NCBI RefSeq assembly: GCF_009914755.1
Contig: NC_060934.1
Length of the DNA: 64,000 nt
Reading direction: 5' to 3' (one strand)
Origin: the human T2T-CHM13v2.0 reference genome, Homo sapiens
Both the position numbers and the translations under genes were made by a program. The notes beneath the pieces are model-generated. The model worked only from the letters and a program-made list of their open reading frames with translations. It did not search any database and was not told the origin of the DNA. Shown here piece after piece: positions 57,500 to 64,000 of the stretch (the first letter of the stretch is position 1; each line of letters opens with the position of its first letter).

Positions 57500-57673
57500 G
57501 AGGGTGACTGTTGCTTCAGCCTGGGTTTCAGAATAAAGACAGCAGAGTGCAGGCCCATAGCTGATCCAGCATGGATACATTGGATACATGAAAAATCTTT
57601 ATGACGTCAGGTCACTGAGATTTGGGGACTGCATGTTACTGGTACATAATCTAGCTTATCCCTACTGATTACA
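57500..57673 (+). mobile_element. MLT1 (I/J-like) LTR 3' fragment
   Basis: cactgagatttggggactgcatgttactg..cataatctagcttatccctactgattaca. Confidence 0.6.
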
Positions 57674-57977
57674 CCCTCTTTCTGAAGTAAAAAGCTTAGT
57701 GTCCACCGGGATACACCCATCTAAGTCATTATCTTGGCTATACCACTAAAAAGCTCTGTGATTTTAAGTAAATGATCCAAATGTAATTATAAACCTCAGC
57801 CTTCTTACCTGCATACAATAAGGTTAATAATTCTATTTCATAGGGTTATTACAATGATCAGTAACTAGAACATAGTTAATAACATGGTCCTAGTTAATAG
57901 CATAGTACTTGGTACATGGAATATATTCATTGGACATCAGCTATGATATTATTATTACTACCCCAACTGGAGTTGGT

Positions 57978-58418
57978 GGAAGCTCAGGCAATTCATGCAC
58001 TCACTTTCCTTTACTTTTTGCCCAATATACCAGGAAATATGTTTATTTCATTTTTTTTTTACATCAGTGTACTGCCAGGAGTCCCCACATCATTTATCCC
58101 TGTGGGTAGCCTGGGGGATGGCTGTAAAAGTATCTTGTCTCTAAGCCCAGCTTGCTTAAAGACATCTCAAACAGCGCCAAAACATTAGCAGGCATTCTCT
58201 GCAACCTGCTGTTGAGCCTCGTCTCCTGTTTCCATGGAATAAGTGTCTGTGTTCTTACCGAAAGCCAACACCTCCACTTGTATTCTAATCCTATCTCCTG
58301 TTGCCTACCCAAGGACACCACCACCACAAGCTCTTTTTTCTCCTTTTAAAAAAGAGACCCTTCCCATACTTCTATATGCCTCACTGCAAATACCATTTCT
58401 CTATTCCTCTTTGCAACA
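57978..58418 (+). repeat. Chimeric local duplicate of 58651-58909 joined to 62498-62705
   Basis: Shared blocks cccaatataccaggaaata (both A copies) and cccatacttctatatgcctca, catttctctattcctctttgca (both B copies); junction agcctc. Confidence 0.93.
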
Positions 58419-58897
58419 GAAAAGAGGTGGAAGTATGTGGGTGGGGAAAATTCTATGAGAGACCTGAAGCCCAATCCTAAGACAATGTATTTGAAAGTTG
58501 AGACCAGACTTCATCCTGTCACTTTCTCTTTAGAACAAGTAACTAAAGTCATTATTCAAAAGGACAAAAAACATTGTATCCATCTCCAAGCATGCCCAAC
58601 TCAAAGAAGATCTTGAAAATATTTTAGTTTGGCAGCGTGGCAGGAGATCAGGAAGCACGAGCAATTTGTGCTCACTTTCCTTCACTTTTCTTTTTTCCCA
58701 ATATACCAGGAAATAGAATAATTTCATCTTGTTTTTAATCAGTGTGATACCACGGGTGTCCACATCGTTTATTCCCTGTGGATACCCTAGGGGGATGACT
58801 ATAGAAGGTACCTTGTTTATAAGTCTACAAGTCTAGCTTGCCTAGAGAAGATATCTCCATCAGCACCAAAACATCATCAGGGATTCTCTCCAATATA

Positions 58898-59535
58898 CTG
58901 TTGAGCCTCATTCTTTGCAGAGTTCCTATTTGTGAAATTGCCTACTCACTAAAATTTAGTTGTAGCCCCCAAATCATCAGTTGTGGTGCTTTCACAGTCA
59001 TTCACGGACATTACATGGTAGCAGAAAATGTGAGTTGTCAGATGCACACGTTACCAGCTGAGATTAACAAGGCGACGCTCCGCCTTCCTGTTTTAGCTCT
59101 GTGAACAAGTTACCTTTTGCAGTCTATTAGTGCCGTGCTTCTTGTTGGTGATTTTACTGCTTAGAATGGCCACCAAGCAGAGCGCTGAAGCACTGTCTAG
59201 CATTCCTAAGTGCAAGTAAGGCTGCGAAGTGCTTTACTGAAAAAATATGTGTTAGATAAGCTTCCTTCAGGCATTAGTTATAGTGCTGGTGGCTGTGAGT
59301 TCAGTGATAACTAATCAACAACATAGACTAAATGAAATGTCTTTAAACAGAGATACACATAAACCAATGTTATGTACCAATCAGTTTATAAAAAGGTCAT
59401 GATGAATATGTCAAGACCAGAGGCTCACGGGAACCTATCCTGTATTTCCCTTAGGAAAATGGCTCGGTATTCACTGATTCAGTATTCTTGGTGACTTTAT
59501 AGAACATAACTAGTGTGACTAATGAGAACTGACTG
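58898..59535 (+). mobile_element. MER82 (TcMar-Tigger) near full length
   Basis: 638 bp flanked by TA (58896-97, 59536-37); degenerate TIRs ctgttgagcctcatt / aatgagaactgactg; internal cagctgagattaacaaggcgacgctc. Confidence 0.85.
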
Positions 59536-59844
59536 TAGCTTCTTTCAAGTTTCTGTTAAATCATCTGAGAAGGCATATAAAATGAAAAAAAAAAACAGCA
59601 ACAGAATATGGAATTAAGGCTAACATTTAACTCTTTTCTAGGGACTGGTAGGAATTTCCATCAACTACAGGGTAGATAGAGCCAGATTTTACAGACTTCA
59701 CTGAACAGAAATCAAATCTTTTCATACTCTATCAGTATTCTTACTGTCAATGGCCACAGAGAGCCCAAAACATTGGTTTGAAAATATGTGCTGATATATG
59801 TATTGATTTGAATATATGTACATAAATCCAAATATATTTTATAT

Positions 59845-60262
59845 GAAGATTTATTATGAAGAATTGGTGATTATGGAGGCTGAGAAGTCCTATGATCTGC
59901 TGTCTGCAAGCTGGAAACCTAGGAAAACTAGTGGTATAATTCAGTCCAAGTCCAAAGGCCTGTGAATGAGGGCAGCCGATGGTATAAAGCCCAGTCCAGA
60001 GATGAGATGAGATGAAATGTCCCAGCTCAAGCAGTGAAGCAGGAATAAAAGAATCAAATTCCTTCTCTGCCTTTTGTTCTATTCAGGCTTTCAGCAAGAT
60101 TGGTTGGTGCCCATCCACATTGGCGAGGGTGATTTACTTCATTGACTCTACCAATTCAAATGCTAAGCTTATCTGGAAACAGCTGCTCGAACACACCCAG
60201 AATAATGTTTAATCTGGGCACTCCATGGCCAGTTAAGTAGACACATAAAATTAACTATCACA
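59845..60262 (-). mobile_element. MLT2 (ERVL) LTR
   Basis: gattatggaggctgagaagtcc...gacacataaaattaactatcaca. Confidence 0.87.
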
Positions 60263-60910
60263 AGTAGCAAGTTATAAGTAATATATATTTGCATTTCGGA
60301 GTCCCCAAGGATCTGATCCCATAAATACCACTTACTCTTAACACTAAGCATACCCGACTTAACGCTCAGCAGATGGAGAAGTTCCCACTGCATGAAGCAC
60401 AGCTCAGTTTACACAGACACCAGGTATCTCTTGAGCAGTAATTCCGTTTCTAACAGAGCCTAGTCATGAGCAAGAACTGTTTCTCCAAAGGATGGTAGCG
60501 ATGCATTGAAGAAGTCTTAATGTTTTCCTTTCAAGTCCAGTGGCACCACTGTAATCATTTTATTAGGGTTTACCATAGCACACATACTATACCTGGTCTG
60601 CTTCAAAGAGATCACACACTCTAAGGTTTCTTGAGTAGTGGGGAGTGGGTAGCAGCCTGAGTCACCTAGAGAGCTTCCTGCTCCTCCTGGCCTCCTGGAC
60701 ATAAGGAGTCACATGAGTCATAGAGCCCTTCATGGTATCAGAGAGGCCACTTCTGCTCTTCTAGCTCTGAAGTCCTCGCCAGAGAACATGTGCATAACCA
60801 CTGCCATCATGCACCTCAGCCACTTACTCCAGTCACAAAAGGGATTCAAGGTTCCCACATCTTTCCTTGTTATTTGGACCTTTATCCCCAGTATGGTTCT
60901 GTACACCCTC

Positions 60911-61287
60911 TGGTATGGTTTGGCTCTGTCCCTACCGAAATCTCATCTTGAATTGTAGTTCCCATAATCCACACATGTCATAGGAGGGACCCAGTAGGTG
61001 GTAACTGAATCATGGGAGTGGTTTCCCCCATCCTATTCTCGTGATAGTGAGTTAGTTCTCATGAGATCTGATGGTTTTACAAGAGCCTATTCCCCTACTT
61101 TGCTCTGCACTTCTCTCTCCTGCTGCCATGTGAAGAAGGATGTGTTTGCTTCCCCTTCTGCCAGGATTATAAGTTTCCTGAGGCCTCCCCAGCCATGCAG
61201 AACTGTGAGTCAATCAAACTTCTTTCCGTCAAAAATTATGCAGTCTCTGGTATGTCTTTATTAGCAGCATGAGAATGGACTAATATA
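60911..61287 (+). mobile_element. THE1D-like solo LTR
   Basis: tggtatggtttggctctgtccc start; perfect 5-bp TSD ccctc (60906-10, 61288-92). Confidence 0.93.
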
Positions 61288-61379
61288 CCCTCTAATCTGA
61301 CCACATGTCTATACATTTCCTAATATTCAAAGCTCTTCCACTGCATACTCTGGAATCACAGTCACCACCCACAAAATCC

Positions 61380-62760
61380 CATATGACTTCAGTTGTGTTT
61401 CTGAATGTTCCCTTTACCTTCTCACCTTCAGTGAAATCTGGCTATTGCCCCAGACACTGTTTCTCTGGTCCCTCAGAAGACGGCTGTTTTCTCTCTCACA
61501 TTCTTTGTACGCCTGGGCCTCCTTGACTTTTCTCAAGCCTTTCTCTCTCCATCCTCCCTAATGCTTCATACCCACCATTTTCATTTTTCTTTTTTCATAC
61601 CCACCATTTTCAAACGCATGCCATAACCTGAGTTCATTTCCTAAATTCAACCCTCCTTTGTGTAGCGAGTTACAGACTTCCTTTTCTATCCTCTTCTTTC
61701 TCGTGGATTTTAGCTTCTGGATCTCTGCTGTTTTCTCTATCACTACCCCTTTAATAATTCATAGTGACTTCAGTATATACACAGATGATCTTTCTGATAC
61801 CCTGATGTCTCTGAGCCCTCATCTTCTTTCTGTGAATGACCTTATCATTCCCCCCACCCACCACAGTCCTATCCTAAACTTTGTCATTAGCAATAAATGT
61901 ATAGCTTCTATAATTGTAGTTTCAAGGATTTCACTGTTTTACCACAATCTTAAAAATTTTGCAGTCCACATTCTTCAGGACCCTATATTTATTAATCCTT
62001 CAACCCTCTGGGTCCCACAATTCATTGACCCTACTAACCCCTTAATGTCCCTCAACCCTTTATGGTATTCACCTTCCTCCTTAGTGGGTCTGGATCCCGT
62101 GATACATTATTAACACTCTGCTGTTTACACCTTCGGCTGTCATGGCCTCCTTCTCTCCTCTGATCCCATGGTCCTTGCTAGTAAAACCTCAGGACCTGTT
62201 TAAACTTATACTTGGACTATTCAAGGGTTGTACTTGTGCTGCTGGAACTAGCTGGAGAAACATACCCAGCCATGCTAACTGGACCAACCTCAAATATTGC
62301 CTGGAAATGCCATATTTCCTGATCTATGACTTTCCTTTGCATCTCTCTTGTCTTCCTCTATGCTGATTTTACATTTAATCATCTCTTGTAAAACTTTCAA
62401 CACCCCCTTAGCAATTCCCACTTTTCAAATAATCTCGCTTCTTCTCTCATTGCCAAAATAGCAATAATCTGAAGAGAGCTTCCACAAGCTCCCACCCAGC
62501 CTCACCTCTTGTTCCCATGGAAGAATTGTCTATGCTCTTGCCTAAAACCAAAACTTCCACTTGTATTCTGGATCTTATCTCCTCTGCCTACCCAAGGACA
62601 TCAACACTGCCACAATCTCTCTTTCCTCCTTTTAAGAAAGAGACCCATCCCATACTTCTATATGCCTCATTGCAAATGCCCATTTCTCTATTCCTCTTTG
62701 CAGCAAACCCTTTGCAACTCCTTGCTGCATTCGCTTCCTCTCTTCCTCTGTCTTTTGGTA
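61380..62760 (+). mobile_element. L2 LINE relic (endonuclease region and downstream)
   Basis: ORF 61658-62113 contains IIHSDFSIYTDD (GDFN-like) and PTHHSPILNFVISN (PTH..GHTLDLVI-like). Confidence 0.75.
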
Positions 62761-63086
62761 TTGCTTGAAAAACCCTCCAAGGCTAAAATTCAGTTACAGC
62801 AAAAGGGAAAGTGGATGAGAAAAGAAAAGACATACACAAAGTATCTTTGAATCACACTTTCACTGAGTCCCTATTCTTTAAATTCCATCCTAATAACTGA
62901 CTAGATGCCTGTTTCACCCCTATCCACAGCTTCCCCTCCCCTTTTCCTACCATTGAGAGAAACCTTATGTCAGTGCCTGAGTCAGAGTTTTAAGGCGGCA
63001 AACCTAAACCTTTCTCCTAGGACAAAACCAGAAGTACACTCTTTAAGCAAATGATAAATCCCACGTAACATATTTCTCCAAACTTC

Positions 63087-63088
<2 letters not shown>

Positions 63089-63123
<35 letters not shown>
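63089..63123. repeat. (TG)17 microsatellite
   Basis: Perfect TG run. Confidence 0.97.
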
Positions 63124-63124
<1 letters not shown>

Positions 63125-64000
63125 CATAAAGAAAATTATGCAGTCATACAAATTCAGTTTGAGGCAAATAACAATTATTTACCCTACAAAATTAAGCAAG
63201 TATAGAATAGAACTAAAAGTACAAACTGTTCTCTGCTTTGTTTTTGAGATTTTAGGATTGCGCTGCTTCTTAACTACAAAGGGCTATGAGAAATTAAATG
63301 GGTAGGTGAGCGGGTGTGTTTGAAAATTAAAGACTAAAAAATATTTTGCCAAAGTTGTCTTTGTGTGCTTAAATACTTTCACAGTTTAAGGTGAATGGAC
63401 CATATAGGTAGTTGTATTCTTTAAACAGCACACATTTTAATGTGTATTTTGGCCACAGCTAGAAATCAAAGTAAACACACACTTCTTCAAACTAGAAACA
63501 CTTCACTAATTTCTAAGATTCTAAGGTTTAACAATGTAATTTGCAAATTACCTTGTCTAATGAATCATGTATACTCTCTGTGAAACCTGTGAGTAACAAA
63601 CAGATCCTGTTTTCAAGGTCCTTTAAGATGACCCTGAAGCCACCCTTGAATATTGACTTTTGGTCTCTCTAATCTTGAATGGTGAAATACTCGAAAATAT
63701 CTGATCATAACATACAGAAAACTTTCTGAGATGAATTTGCCAAGTCATGTAGTTTGCTTTCTGTGGCCCCCAAAATTTTAACTCATGTGTCCTGGCTTTT
63801 CTTTGGGAGAGAAGGGGAACCAATCAGTCACATGCTAATCAGAATTCTTGGTTTGAATGTGTAATGAATCATTTTTTGATCAATCATTAATTTTTATCAA
63901 AGAGCCAACTCTGACACAAATTGGGATGGATCATTTCAGATGGAATAGCATGAAACAGTCTCTACCAGAAATGAAAGAAGATCTGTATGTTTTCCAGACG

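Noticed and set aside
58205-58230. Chimeric duplicate as a retrocopy of a spliced minus-strand RNA (GAG|GTGAGG donor near 62500)
   Set aside because: The copy retains the bases corresponding to the donor (ctcgt for ctcac), so the junction is microhomology-based rather than a splice; no poly(A) or TSD is seen.
61658-62113. 151-aa ORF
   Set aside because: Degenerate L2 endonuclease relic with the GDFN motif altered; non-ATG start.

Overview
Human (hominid) genomic DNA, AT-rich and dominated by interspersed repeats. I could not recognise any host protein-coding exon, RNA gene or locus name. Positions 1-5766 are a near full-length young LINE-1 (L1HS/L1PA2 type) on the minus strand, with its 3' end outside the window. 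Its ORF1 is frameshifted by a 2-bp deletion. ORF2 has canonical length, keeps its catalytic residues in frame and appears open up to the window edge, and the antisense ORF0 is intact. The rest is old L1 fragments (mostly minus strand, suggesting an intron of a + strand gene), about 19 Alu-family elements including two AluYa5 with 17-bp TSDs, solo MaLR/ERVL LTRs, MER58A, Tigger3a and MER82 DNA transposons, L2/MIR relics and microsatellites. Structures the repeat annotation does not explain are a 76-bp spacerless palindrome at an L1 truncation junction, a chimeric ~440-bp local duplicate joined at a 6-bp microhomology, a 156-bp-period tandem duplication and a few candidate cryptic exons and enhancers. 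Most ORFs in the track are repeat-derived noise. I see no convincing novel multi-gene system. Repeat subfamily names come from recalled consensus sequences and need RepeatMasker/Dfam confirmation.
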